A DNA stretch of 64,000 nt from Thermoanaerobaculia bacterium. Its GTDB lineage: Bacteria > Acidobacteriota > Thermoanaerobaculia > Gp7-AA8. The translations under genes and the position numbers were made by a program. The notes under the pieces were generated by a model. It ran no database searches. It was not told where the DNA came from and was given only the letters and a program-made list of their open reading frames with translations. The stretch is taken from NCBI GenBank assembly GCA_041748075.1, contig JBGTDX010000118.1, positions 66,730-130,729 of the forward strand, read 5' to 3'. Positions 37,519 through 47,216 of this stretch are shown one piece after another; position 1 is the stretch's first letter; the number at the start of each line of letters is the position of its first letter.

Positions 37519-39735
37519 TCAGTCCTTCTTGATCCGGCTTCGCGACGGACTCTCCGAAGGGGCCGGCTTCGAGGACTCTTTCGCAGGCCGCTCGACCCGC
37601 GCCGGAGCAGAACTCTCTTTCGGCGCTGGACGCTGGACACGCGAAGGCGCCGGCCTTTCGGCCGGCTTGCTCTCGGTGCGTGGCGATACGGTTCTCGGCG
37701 GGGACCCGCTTTCCCGGACGCGCGGTGTCACGCGCACTCCACCGATGCCGTCAATGACCTGACGGGGTACGGCACGGGGAGGCGGCGTGGCTCGCTGCAC
37801 CGGTTCGCGACTCTGCGTCTCGGAGGTGCTGGCGGTCTCACCACTGTTGCCAGATCTCTGGTTCGAGGATTGCCGCCAGTTTTCCCGCCTGAGGGACGAA
37901 GCGCTGGAGTCCGACCGCGGCGTCACTGTCGGACGCACGACAGCGGGACGCTCGACCGAACGCGGCTCCACCGTGGGACGCTCGACTTCAGGGCGACGCC
38001 ACTCCGTGTCGCGTGCCGGTGCTTTCCGTTCAGGAGTTGCCTTCTGCTCCGGCGCCTGAACAGGCTTGCGCTCGACCGCATCCCGACGAATGGTTCCAAT
38101 CCCGGAGTTCGGCGCAGGCGCCGGCTTCGCTTCGGACTCAGTCGTGCGCGGCGTGGCACCCCGCCAGACAGTTCCCCTGGAGGGTTGCGTCGACTCAGTC
38201 CGCGTCCTCTCGGGTGCAACCTGCTCTCCGCCACGACGCAGCCGTCCTGCCGCAGTGTCCGCAGGCGAAGCTGTCGAAGGTGCGAGAACCGAACGATCCA
38301 CTGTCGCTCCGCCAGAAGAGGGCAACAGAGCCGAGCGACCTGAGTCTGCGGTCTGCCCCCGCGTCAGGCGTTCTTTGATAGTGGTCGAAAGCTCAGGGTC
38401 ACGACGGAAAAAAGGAGTTAAATCCGCCGTGGACCCCGAACCCTCGTTGCCGGTACCACTTCCGATCCCGCGGCGTGCGATTCTCGACACCGCGGAAGCC
38501 GGATCTTTGATTTCATCGCGCGTGAGACGGATTCCGCCCGTCACCAGCGAACCGTCGCCCCTCGTGAGGCGGCCACGGATCGCATCAGTAGTCAGTGCGG
38601 CACGGTCGATCCTCCTCGAGACGAGGCCGTCCGGTGTCACGAACGTCCAGGGAGCCAGGTCGGTATCCCAGAGTCGCACGCGACCGTGGAAACCGAATCC
38701 CACCTGGAAGCTGGAGAACCGGTGCCTGTTGTAGCCCCACGCGTAGTAAGGCGGATAGCAGTCATACCATCCGGAGGGAACCCAGCCGATGTAGCTCGGC
38801 CCGTACGCCCAATAGACCCAGGCATGCGAGTAGCCTCCGCCGGGAAGCCACACCCATCCGTAATGCGGCATGTAGGACCAGCGTCCGTAGTGGTAGGGCA
38901 CCCAGCCCCAGGGCTCACTGGAGACCCACACGAGACCGCCATAGCGGCTGTGCACCCAGCGTCCGTAGTGGTAGGGGCGCCAGCCGATCGAAACATGGGG
39001 GCGCCAGACATGGGTTCTGTACGTATCGACGTAAATCCACGTTCCATGAGTGTTCAAAGAACGATCAGCGTACGCGAGACGCCGGTCGAGATACCGGCTC
39101 GAGGACGACCGGTATCCTTCGGCACGATCGAGATACCAGCGTTCGAAATCGTTGATGCCGCTGTATGCGAGCGAGACCGTCTCGATGTCCCGGTCGTCGA
39201 TGGTCGCCTGCTGGCCTCGACGCAGCCGCCGGTCTCCGAAAGGCGTCCTGACCTCGAGTGTCCCTTCATAAACAGAAACGATGTCGCGACCTCGACCGTC
39301 CGAATCGACTCCATAAATCGCATCCTCGGAGCTCACGTAACTCGCATTGACGGTGTCGAGCCGCAATGGAGTACTGTCTTCCGAAAGGCGGTGAACAATC
39401 AGCAGGCCGGCCTGCAACTCGACGATGGTCTGATCGTCCTCACCCTCATAACTGTCGAGAATCGAGAGGAAACGGATCGTCGTGCTGCGGTCGAGCGCCA
39501 GGATGTTCCCGTCGGCAAGCATGATCTCAGACCGGCCGCGCCGGTCCGTTTCGATGACGTCGCCGGGGAAGACCGGAATGTTGATCGCGGCCTCGACCCC
39601 TTCGTCATCCCCCGCCTGACGGATCAGTGTTCCGCCCTCGTCGAAGGTGAAATAGGACTGATGCTTCGAGTCCGCCCATAGTGGGAGGGCGAGAGCGAAA
39701 ACCAGTGCCGGAACCAGAAATCTGAGTTTTCTCAT
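37519..39735 (-). CDS. Secreted FecR-domain protein with a Trp/Tyr/Gly-rich repeat region and a long Pro/Arg/Ser/Glu-rich disordered tail.
   Basis: Signal peptide MRKLRFLVPALVFALALPLWA. FecR-like ILALDRSTTIRF...VYEGTLEV. Repeats YHYGRWVHSRYGG..WGWVPYHYGRWSYMPHYGWVWLPGGGY. About 300 aa of low complexity. AGGAG Shine-Dalgarno before ATG 39735. Confidence 0.6.
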   Translation of the reverse strand: MRKLRFLVPALVFALALPLWADSKHQSYFTFDEGGTLIRQAGDDEGVEAAINIPVFPGDVIETDRRGRSEIMLADGNILALDRSTTIRFLSILDSYEGEDDQTIVELQAGLLIVHRLSEDSTPLRLDTVNASYVSSEDAIYGVDSDGRGRDIVSVYEGTLEVRTPFGDRRLRRGQQATIDDRDIETVSLAYSGINDFERWYLDRAEGYRSSSSRYLDRRLAYADRSLNTHGTWIYVDTYRTHVWRPHVSIGWRPYHYGRWVHSRYGGLVWVSSEPWGWVPYHYGRWSYMPHYGWVWLPGGGYSHAWVYWAYGPSYIGWVPSGWYDCYPPYYAWGYNRHRFSSFQVGFGFHGRVRLWDTDLAPWTFVTPDGLVSRRIDRAALTTDAIRGRLTRGDGSLVTGGIRLTRDEIKDPASAVSRIARRGIGSGTGNEGSGSTADLTPFFRRDPELSTTIKERLTRGQTADSGRSALLPSSGGATVDRSVLAPSTASPADTAAGRLRRGGEQVAPERTRTESTQPSRGTVWRGATPRTTESEAKPAPAPNSGIGTIRRDAVERKPVQAPEQKATPERKAPARDTEWRRPEVERPTVEPRSVERPAVVRPTVTPRSDSSASSLRRENWRQSSNQRSGNSGETASTSETQSREPVQRATPPPRAVPRQVIDGIGGVRVTPRVRESGSPPRTVSPRTESKPAERPAPSRVQRPAPKESSAPARVERPAKESSKPAPSESPSRSRIKKD

Positions 39736-39956
39736 CGTACTTCTCCTAATCCGCCCAGTCGGAAATGCGGGTGACATGCCACGAGACCTAAAACCACTAA
39801 GGCTTTAATATCAGTAGGATACGCCCTGAAGAGCCCGCCTCGAGCATCCGGGAATTCCTCTACAGAGGACACTGCGTCACCCGCAGGTGTCAGGGAGCTT
39901 TAGTTATTAGACTATAACGGGTTGCGGGGAGGAATCATTTCTTGCCGCCTGGGTGA

Positions 39957-40026
39957 AGAATTCAGAATTCAGAATGAAGAAAGAAGACTGGCCCTGGTCC
40001 TTTCTGCATTCTGAATTCTAAATTCT
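39957..40026. terminator. Long imperfect AT-rich palindrome (gaattcagaattcagaatg...cattctgaattctaaattc); probable terminator downstream of aroK.
   Basis: About 70-nt near-palindrome seen directly. Confidence 0.5.
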
Positions 40027-40035
40027 CAATTCTCC

Positions 40036-40551
40036 TCAACTCCGTCGCATCCGTTCGCGCGGCAACTCGAGAACAATCCGTTCCACAATCTCGGCGGTCG
40101 ACTGCTCTTCACGAATCTCCACGGTCACGTCGGCAAGCCGGTAGTATTTGAGCCGGTGCATGAAAAGCCCATGCGCGGCGCTCTCGTCGTGAAACATCGG
40201 CCGTTCCGCCGATTTGTCCTGAATCCTGCTGACGAGCAACGGAAACGGCGCTGAAAGGTAGACGGAGAAACCCTCGGACTTGATGAGCTGAATGTTGTCC
40301 TCGAAGGTAAAGGTACCGCCCCCCGTGGCGATGACACCGCTTTCGACGTACTTCGTGGTGCGAAGAAGATCGCGCTCGCGCTTGCGGAACCATGGCTCGC
40401 CCTGGGCGGCGAAGATCTCCTTGACGGACATCTTCTCGGCCGACTCGACCAGGTCGTCGAGATCGAAGAACGGAGTTTCGAGCCGTCGTGCGAGCTCCCG
40501 TCCCGTCGTCGTCTTTCCAGCGCCCATGAAGCCGATGAGGAAAATCTTCAT
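40036..40551 (-). CDS. aroK: Shikimate kinase.
   Basis: [24 protein letters not shown] (Walker A) ... GGG. Confidence 0.85.
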   Translation of the reverse strand: MKIFLIGFMGAGKTTTGRELARRLETPFFDLDDLVESAEKMSVKEIFAAQGEPWFRKRERDLLRTTKYVESGVIATGGGTFTFEDNIQLIKSEGFSVYLSAPFPLLVSRIQDKSAERPMFHDESAAHGLFMHRLKYYRLADVTVEIREEQSTAEIVERIVLELPRERMRRS

Positions 40552-41174
40552 CGGGAGAGTCCTGCGGCGAGCATCAGGGCGGAAGCGTTCCCGACGATGT
40601 CGTCCGAGGCGTAGAGAGCCGAGATGACGGCAGCGGAGTCGGCTCCCGCATCGAGCACCGATTCGATGTTCGACGCGTCGATGCCGCCGATGGCGATGAT
40701 CGGTTTGTCCGTCCCGGCACGGATCCGGGACAGGACAGCGGTGCCGAGCGCCTCGCGGACATTCTTCGTAGGCGAGCGGAAGATCGGGCCGATGGCGACG
40801 TAGTCGATCTCGTCGCGCCGGGCGGCATCGATGGCTTCGCTGACGTCATGCGTCGAGTAGCCGATCAGGAGTTGTCTCTCGCCGGCGACCAGCCGGGCGC
40901 TTCGGGGGTCGAGGTCCGTCTCCCCCAGATGCACGCCGTCCGCAGCACACGCCAGCGCGAGATCGACTCGATCATTTACGAAGAGTCTCGTGCCTTCCGG
41001 GATCATGGTTCTGGCGCGCACCAGATCGATGTAGAGCCGGTCGTCATGCGAGGTCTTGTCTCGAATCTGAATCCAGCGTACTCCTGCCGCCACGAGCTGC
41101 GCCACATCCTCACACGGTGAGGTCGGTCGCGTGAGTGCGTACAGCGGAGGAACGTCACACCGGTGGAGCTTCAC
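40548..41174 (-). CDS. thiE: Thiamine-phosphate synthase.
   Basis: LYALT...WIQIRDK...[25 protein letters not shown]...IGYSTH...[13 protein letters not shown]. Confidence 0.8.
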   Translation of the reverse strand: MKLHRCDVPPLYALTRPTSPCEDVAQLVAAGVRWIQIRDKTSHDDRLYIDLVRARTMIPEGTRLFVNDRVDLALACAADGVHLGETDLDPRSARLVAGERQLLIGYSTHDVSEAIDAARRDEIDYVAIGPIFRSPTKNVREALGTAVLSRIRAGTDKPIIAIGGIDASNIESVLDAGADSAAVISALYASDDIVGNASALMLAAGLSR

Positions 41175-42511
41175 GACTTTCGGAAGAACTCTTCCATGAA
41201 GCGAGTCGAATAGACGCCGCTCTGGAACCGCGGATCATCGAGAATCGCGCGATGGAGCGGAATGGAGGTCTTGATGCCTTCAATGGTGAACAGATCGAGA
41301 GCGCGTCTGCCCCTGGCGATTGCCTCCTCCCTGTCGGCTCCCTGCGTGATCAGCTTTGCGATCAGGGAGTCGTAGTGCGGCGGAACCACGTAGTCGCGGT
41401 AGGCGGCGGAGTCGACACGCACTCCGGGCCCGCCGGGAGGATGAAAGGTGGTGATGCGGCCCGGATGAGGTGCGAAAGTCACTGGATCCTCGGCATTGAT
41501 CCTGAACTCGATCGCGTGGCCCCGCAGCGGAATCGGGCCCTCGGGGAACGACAGGGGCAGGCCTGCGGCGACACGGATCTGTTCTTTGACCAGGTCGTAG
41601 CCGGTCACCTGCTCGGTCACCGGATGCTCGACCTGGATGCGCGTGTTCATTTCCATGAAGTAGAAATCACGGCCATCGAGCAGAAACTCGATCGTGCCCG
41701 CGTTGTCGTAGTTCACGGCCTTTGCGACCTTGACTGCGGCGGCACCCATAGCCTCGCGCAGTTCGTCGTCCAGAGCCGGCGAGGGAGATTCTTCGATGAG
41801 TTTCTGATGCCGGCGCTGCACCGAGCATTCGCGCTCGCCGAGGTGCATCACCCGCCCATGCTTGTCTCCAAAGACCTGGAACTCGACGTGCCGTGGCTGC
41901 TCGAGATACTTCTCGAGGTAGACGTCGGCGACACCGAAGGCGCGCTCGGCTTCGCTTCTTGCGGTCTGCCAGGCGCTCTCGAGTTCTTTGTCGTCCCAGC
42001 AGATCCGCATCCCGCGGCCTCCGCCCCCGGCGGATGCTTTGAGAATGATGGGGTAGCCGATGTCCGCCGCCACTGCCGAAGCTTGTGCAATTGAGTCAAC
42101 GGGGCCGTCGCTGCCGGGAACGATCGGAACTCCAGAAGCCTTCACCGTTTCGCGCGCCTTTGATTTGTCCCCCATCAGCCGGATCGTTTCCGACGCGGGA
42201 CCGATGAACGCGAGCCGGCACTCGTGCAGAACATCGGCGAAGTGATCGTTCTCAGCGAGAAAACCGTAGCCGGGGTGAATCGCATCGGCTCCCGTGATCT
42301 CGGCCGCGGCGATAATGCTCGAGATGCTGAGGTAGCTCTGGCGGGATGTGGGAGGGCCTATGCAGACATCATCGTCGGCGTAGCGGACATGAAGAGCATC
42401 CCTGTCGGCCTCCGAGTGCACGGCGACCGTCTTGATGCCGAGCTCCTTGCAGGCCAGAATGATGCGGAGCGCGATCTCGCCTCGATTGGCGATCAGAATC
42501 TTTTTGAACAT
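41171..42511 (-). CDS. accC: Acetyl-CoA carboxylase biotin carboxylase subunit.
   Basis: [21 protein letters not shown]-type N-terminus and ATP-grasp motifs. Confidence 0.95.
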   Translation of the reverse strand: MFKKILIANRGEIALRIILACKELGIKTVAVHSEADRDALHVRYADDDVCIGPPTSRQSYLSISSIIAAAEITGADAIHPGYGFLAENDHFADVLHECRLAFIGPASETIRLMGDKSKARETVKASGVPIVPGSDGPVDSIAQASAVAADIGYPIILKASAGGGGRGMRICWDDKELESAWQTARSEAERAFGVADVYLEKYLEQPRHVEFQVFGDKHGRVMHLGERECSVQRRHQKLIEESPSPALDDELREAMGAAAVKVAKAVNYDNAGTIEFLLDGRDFYFMEMNTRIQVEHPVTEQVTGYDLVKEQIRVAAGLPLSFPEGPIPLRGHAIEFRINAEDPVTFAPHPGRITTFHPPGGPGVRVDSAAYRDYVVPPHYDSLIAKLITQGADREEAIARGRRALDLFTIEGIKTSIPLHRAILDDPRFQSGVYSTRFMEEFFRKS

Positions 42512-42667
42512 AGTTTGCTTGCGGCGCGGCGTTCGAGAATCCCTGACGACAGCCGCTGTGTCGTTCAGGGCGAAGCGGGCGAAGTATCAACCTGTCATTG
42601 GTCGCGTCATTTCTAAGCTCAGGATGACACACAATTGCAGGCAACTCACAACCCGCGCACTCTGAGC

Positions 42668-43144
42668 TTACGGCTGAATCGCGAAGAGCTTTTCTCCGTA
42701 CTCCACGGGCTGGCCGTTCTGCGGATAGATCTTCGCGACCACGCCTGCACGGTCGGATTCGATTTCATTCATCAGCTTCATCGCTTCGACGATACAGAGA
42801 ACGCTTCCCTTTTCCACGCGATCGCCCGGACTGATGAAGGGATCCGATTCCGGATTCGGTGTGCGATAGAAAGTGCCAACGATCGGGGATGTGATGATGT
42901 GCCACGAAGGATCCACCGGTTCCTCACCGGTCTCAGGAGCCGGGGCCTGTGGAGCACGCTCCTGCTGGATCGTCGACGTGGAGTACGCCTGCGCCGGGCC
43001 TGGGGGCTGTGCCGCCAGAACCGCCATCGACGGGCTCTTTTTTCCCTTGATGCGGATCCGCATACCAGCGCGCTCGACCTCGAGAGAGGAGATGCCGCTG
43101 GACGAGACCTTATCGATCAACTCGAGAATTTCTTTAAGCGTCAA
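42668..43144 (-). CDS. accB: Biotin carboxyl carrier protein.
   Basis: Pro/Ala linker and biotinylation motif EAMKLMNEIE. Confidence 0.9.
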   Translation of the reverse strand: MTLKEILELIDKVSSSGISSLEVERAGMRIRIKGKKSPSMAVLAAQPPGPAQAYSTSTIQQERAPQAPAPETGEEPVDPSWHIITSPIVGTFYRTPNPESDPFISPGDRVEKGSVLCIVEAMKLMNEIESDRAGVVAKIYPQNGQPVEYGEKLFAIQP

Positions 43145-43162
43145 CGACCATCACCTTTCACC

Positions 43163-43516
43163 TCAGGCAAGTTCGGCGCCGAGGGCCTGTTTTGCTTTGG
43201 ACAGCTCGAACCGGGCTCGACCGTAGTTTCCGCCCGGAGTCAGAACCATCAGGATAAAGTAATCGGGGCTGACTGCGGAAAGAAACGTCGTGTATTTCTC
43301 GGTCACCAGGGCGAACTGGGTGACTTCACCCGTGTCGAGCTCGGTGCTGGACAGGCGGATCGTCCGGATGAACGCGCCGAACTCGGCACTCATCGAATCG
43401 ACGGGAATCTCTCCGTCCGAGAGGGTGTGCACGGGGATTCCATCGACTCCGACCAGACTGACTGCGCGGGTTCCTTCGACCCGGGCCCGCAGTCCGGCGA
43501 GCACTGCTTCAATCAT
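43163..43516 (-). CDS. Roadblock/LC7-domain protein (MglB-like).
   Basis: 117 aa: AVSLVGVDGIPV...FALVTEKYTTFLSAVSPDYFILMVL is the roadblock fold pattern. Confidence 0.6.
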   Translation of the reverse strand: MIEAVLAGLRARVEGTRAVSLVGVDGIPVHTLSDGEIPVDSMSAEFGAFIRTIRLSSTELDTGEVTQFALVTEKYTTFLSAVSPDYFILMVLTPGGNYGRARFELSKAKQALGAELA

Positions 43517-44351
43517 TCCGCCTCTGGTTGCGCTGGATCAAAGTAAGCCACCGGTGAAGTTTCTCGATGGTCTTCTGCCTCTGCTCGTCGTGGTCCGGCA
43601 CGATCGAGAGCGCCGGCCCCGCCTCGACAGGATTCGACGCTTCTTCCCCTCTCCCCGCGGGAGAGGGGTCAGGGGTTAGGGAACCTTGTTGAGGTGAACG
43701 TTCCGTTAGACCTTCGACTTCCCCGATGGCCTCGAGCTCCTCCGGATCCCACGTCACTTCGCCCTGACGACCCTCGGACTCGATTTGAGTTGCTGACTCA
43801 CTCTCGGGACCGTTGAACGGATCAAAGACGGGAGCCATCACCCCTGACCCCTCTCCCGCGGGGAGAGGGGAAAAGGCAACATCCCGGAACTCCGGAATCT
43901 CCTCGGTGACCTGAATCGGGCGGGAGTACTTTTCCGGATTGAGCTGTCGCTCGAGGGTTTCGATGCTCGCCTGGACTTCCAGATCGGACGGGATGAATGC
44001 ATGGACGAGCTTGAACTTCTTAATGGCTTCCACCTTCTCGCCGAGCGCGAGATACGATTCGGCCGCCAGCCGGGCAGCCACGACATTCTCCGGATCGATC
44101 TGGAGTGCGCGCGAGAGTGCTTCGACCGCCTCGCCATGGCGCTCCTGCTGGGAGAGCAGTCTGCCGAGACTCACCCAGGCGGACAGATAGGCGGGATGCC
44201 GTTCGATTCCCTCCCGCAGTACCCGCTCGGCCTCCTCGACCTGTCCCGCCTTCCGCAGCTCCTCCGCCAGGGGAAAGAACATCCTGGATCCGGGATCGGA
44301 CGCGAGCCGAGCCTTCAGCTCGTCGATCTTCGGGCTTTCAGGACCAGTCAT
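43509..44351 (-). CDS. TPR-repeat protein with an acidic C-terminal region containing two in-frame copies of the R3 palindrome.
   Basis: TPR-like ...AERVLREGIERHPAYLSAWVSLGRLL...ALQIDPENVVA.... The C-terminus carries SPLPAGEGSG and PSPAGRGEE, encoded by the palindromes. Confidence 0.65.
   Translation of the reverse strand: MTGPESPKIDELKARLASDPGSRMFFPLAEELRKAGQVEEAERVLREGIERHPAYLSAWVSLGRLLSQQERHGEAVEALSRALQIDPENVVAARLAAESYLALGEKVEAIKKFKLVHAFIPSDLEVQASIETLERQLNPEKYSRPIQVTEEIPEFRDVAFSPLPAGEGSGVMAPVFDPFNGPESESATQIESEGRQGEVTWDPEELEAIGEVEGLTERSPQQGSLTPDPSPAGRGEEASNPVEAGPALSIVPDHDEQRQKTIEKLHRWLTLIQRNQRRND
43646..43675. repeat. R3 palindromic element copy b (cccctctccccgcgggagaggggtcaggggt), inside the TPR CDS.
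   Basis: Seen directly. Confidence 0.6.
43841..43872. repeat. R3 element copy c (acccctgacccctctcccgcggggagagggg), inverted relative to copy b, inside the TPR CDS.
   Basis: Reverse complement matches copy b including the flanking gaggggtcaggggt. Confidence 0.6.
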
Positions 44352-44528
44352 CAGCGGATTTCCCGCCGGTCAGGCCGGCTGACGATTGTCGAGCTCATGT
44401 TCTCTCCGCAGGGAAGCGCATTTTCTTAGACACGACCGGGTCGAATCGCGCAACCCATGACGTCCTCGATTACGGCAGATGACCGCCCTGGCGGGCGGTC
44501 ATCGGATATTGCGTGTGGTTCAGATTCA

Positions 44529-46526
44529 TCAATTTCCTGGCGGCGGAGCGGCTGTCGCCGTTCCGGTGAGCGGCACTGTAATGTTGCCTCCGTTGGTAAC
44601 AATCGAAACAGACCCCTGGAAGCTTCCCGCTGCGGCCGGCGTGAACGTCACATTGAACTCCGCCGAGCCGCAGGGCGCGAGGGATGTGCTCGAAGGCACC
44701 GAGTTCGAGAACGGCGGATTCGGCGTCGCCGGTCCCACACTCGTGACCGTCAGCGTACCGCCACCGGTGTTCACCAGCGTGACCGTCCGCGAGGAGGAGG
44801 TACCGACGACAGCGGTGAATGTCAGTGAACTCGGATCGACGAACAGCTCCGGCGTCGGCGCCGGATTGATCGTGAGCGCTCTGGCCAGAGAGTCGTCACA
44901 CTTGGTCACGAAGTCCTCGAATGCAACATCGTAGAAAGTTGTGGCAGGACGGCTGCCGCCCGCCGGGCAATCCACTTCATCGAGGTCGAGCGTGGCAGGA
45001 ACCACGAATGTATAAACAGCGGTCTGCGTGGCCCGGTCGTATGAAATTCTCGTCGATGGCACGGTCACGCCGGCGCCCGTCTCTCCGCTTCCTCGGATGC
45101 GGAAGCGACCGTTGCCGCTGGTCCCGCTCACGGTCGCCGTCACTTGCTGCCCGGGCGTCACGACCGAGGGAGAAACGCTGAGAAGCTGAAGCCTCGGAAC
45201 GATGAATGTGAAGATTCCCTCGAACTCTGCGCTCGCTCCATCTTCGATATTCGTCACCGAGATCGGTCCGTCAGGATTGGTATCGCAGTTTTCAATAATC
45301 GGCGCATTCGTTTCGGCGATGATCTGCGTACCTGACACGGAAATCACGTTCGCACCCACGCCACCGATGGTCACCGCCACCGGCTCATCGAATCCCCAGC
45401 CGTCGATCCGCACTCTGGTGCCGCCAAGCGCGCTACCCGTTGTCGGTCCGACCGCCGTGATCTGCATTCCCGGTCCATAACGGTACGCCAGAGGGCGAAC
45501 CGCATCGGTGCCGGATGCCTGGTTCAGTACGCGCAGGGTCACCTGCTGGTCCCTGAGTGCCGCGCCCAGACCCAGCGCGGGAGGAGTCAGAGCGATGATT
45601 CTGTCGAACGTGACCTGGAGGATCTCGAGCTCCACCTGATTGATCAGAGAACCGCCGGCACTGCCACCCGTGCCGAAGAATGCCCGCACGGGTGCCTGGA
45701 AGCCTTCACCGAAAATCGTAATGCGGGTGTTCCCCTCGTTCGGTCCCGATGAAGGCGCGACGTCGCGGATGACCGGGGTGAGGATTGGCACCTCGTACCG
45801 GAACGGTTCGGGCGAGGTAGCCCGCTGCTCGGCCGGCGTCTCCGATTCGCTGATGACGAGAATCGTCACTTCACGGAACTGCTCTGTCGGCCCCAGGGCG
45901 ATCTGCGGGACGAGCACGCGGATCTCGGTCGGGGTGGACGAAAGGATGACCGCGGGGATGTCGCCGAAGAATACACGCAGGGGCGGCTGGAAGTTCGTGC
46001 CGCGGATAGTGACCGTCTGGCCACCCTGAGGCGTAGCCGAACCGGGAGTCACGGAGGTGATGGTGGTGATGACCGGCGGCGGAACTGGTGGAATGACCGG
46101 CTCGGCGAGCCACTGGATCGTCGTGGTCTGGGATACGTTATTCACCCGTGCGGTTACCGTAGCGGTTCCTGGCACAGCCGAGGTGAGCGTTGCGGTCGCA
46201 ACGCCATTGGTCGTCGTGCGGATGGTCGTTGCCGTGGCCGTGTCGAGAAACGTACCGAGGTTCGTGGAGAACTCGACGGCGGTCCCGTTCGGAACCGCGG
46301 TGCCGCCCTGGGAGACCGTGGCAGTGATCGTGGAAGTCGACCGGATGACAGGCGTGGGGTTCGACACCGCGAGGACAATCGAGGCGCCCGTCGGCGGCGG
46401 AGTTCCGCTGCCGCCACCTCCCCCTGGAGGAGCAGTTGGAGGAGGCGCGGTTGGCGATTCGCCGCTGCAGCCGCCCAATAGAGCCATCATCGCAACCAGA
46501 GCGATTCCGACTACTCGATGATTCAT
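44529..46526 (-). CDS. Lipoprotein with tandem Ig-like (BIG/IPT-TIG) beta-sandwich domains.
   Basis: Lipobox ALLGGCS, Pro/Gly linker, repeated ...TATV/ATVT... Ig-like segments (TIRGTNFQPPLRVFFG is IPT-like). Confidence 0.6.
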   Translation of the reverse strand: MNHRVVGIALVAMMALLGGCSGESPTAPPPTAPPGGGGGSGTPPPTGASIVLAVSNPTPVIRSTSTITATVSQGGTAVPNGTAVEFSTNLGTFLDTATATTIRTTTNGVATATLTSAVPGTATVTARVNNVSQTTTIQWLAEPVIPPVPPPVITTITSVTPGSATPQGGQTVTIRGTNFQPPLRVFFGDIPAVILSSTPTEIRVLVPQIALGPTEQFREVTILVISESETPAEQRATSPEPFRYEVPILTPVIRDVAPSSGPNEGNTRITIFGEGFQAPVRAFFGTGGSAGGSLINQVELEILQVTFDRIIALTPPALGLGAALRDQQVTLRVLNQASGTDAVRPLAYRYGPGMQITAVGPTTGSALGGTRVRIDGWGFDEPVAVTIGGVGANVISVSGTQIIAETNAPIIENCDTNPDGPISVTNIEDGASAEFEGIFTFIVPRLQLLSVSPSVVTPGQQVTATVSGTSGNGRFRIRGSGETGAGVTVPSTRISYDRATQTAVYTFVVPATLDLDEVDCPAGGSRPATTFYDVAFEDFVTKCDDSLARALTINPAPTPELFVDPSSLTFTAVVGTSSSRTVTLVNTGGGTLTVTSVGPATPNPPFSNSVPSSTSLAPCGSAEFNVTFTPAAAGSFQGSVSIVTNGGNITVPLTGTATAAPPPGN

Positions 46527-46608
46527 CGTTCTCATGTGCATCCCCCACCGACTCACGTTCCCGAACCTCACCATGTGCTCTTCCGAAAAATCCCGCTATT
46601 CAATCGAC

Positions 46609-47160
46609 TCAAGTGCAGCCCGCGCAGAAAATGAAGGGCGCCAGCGCGCGCGCCGAAACCCTCTCTCCGCTGATGGTTTCGCCGAAAATATCGATGATCA
46701 CGTCCATCTTCACGAAGCGATTCCCCGTTTCGGGATCGCGCCCGCCGTTCTGAGGCAGAAGCGCCGCGTAAGGCGCCTGCGTGAGCGACCCGATGTCGAA
46801 CACGGTGAACGTGTTGAACGTGGTCGGAGCCCCGCCTACCGGCACGGTTCCCGAGATCGAACGGACAAACGTCGCCGGAACCAGCGTCCCTCCGTCGGTA
46901 CGTCGGTAGCTGACCTGATAACGAATCAACTGCACGTCCAGAAACCGCGGATCAGAGTCCACACGCTTGGCGATCGCCCGCAGCAGAATGGTACCCAGCT
47001 GCGTGGTGGGAAGATTCAGGACATCGATCGTATCGATGTCCTGTTCGATGGTCGCAAGCAACTCGACCGGCGCCGTTTCCCTGTTGATCTCGCTGCATCC
47101 GGCAAGCGAGCCGGCCAGCAGCGCGATGACGATCACAGCCGCGACTGATTTCGTTCTCAT
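46609..47160 (-). CDS. Hypothetical lipoprotein.
   Basis: MRTKSVAAVIVIALLAGSLAGCS lipobox. No other motif recognised. Confidence 0.45.
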   Translation of the reverse strand: MRTKSVAAVIVIALLAGSLAGCSEINRETAPVELLATIEQDIDTIDVLNLPTTQLGTILLRAIAKRVDSDPRFLDVQLIRYQVSYRRTDGGTLVPATFVRSISGTVPVGGAPTTFNTFTVFDIGSLTQAPYAALLPQNGGRDPETGNRFVKMDVIIDIFGETISGERVSARALAPFIFCAGCT

Positions 47161-47216
47161 AATGTTTCCTTCACCCCTGATGCTGTTTCCCCTGTTCATG
47201 CGAAGGTCTCCGTCAC

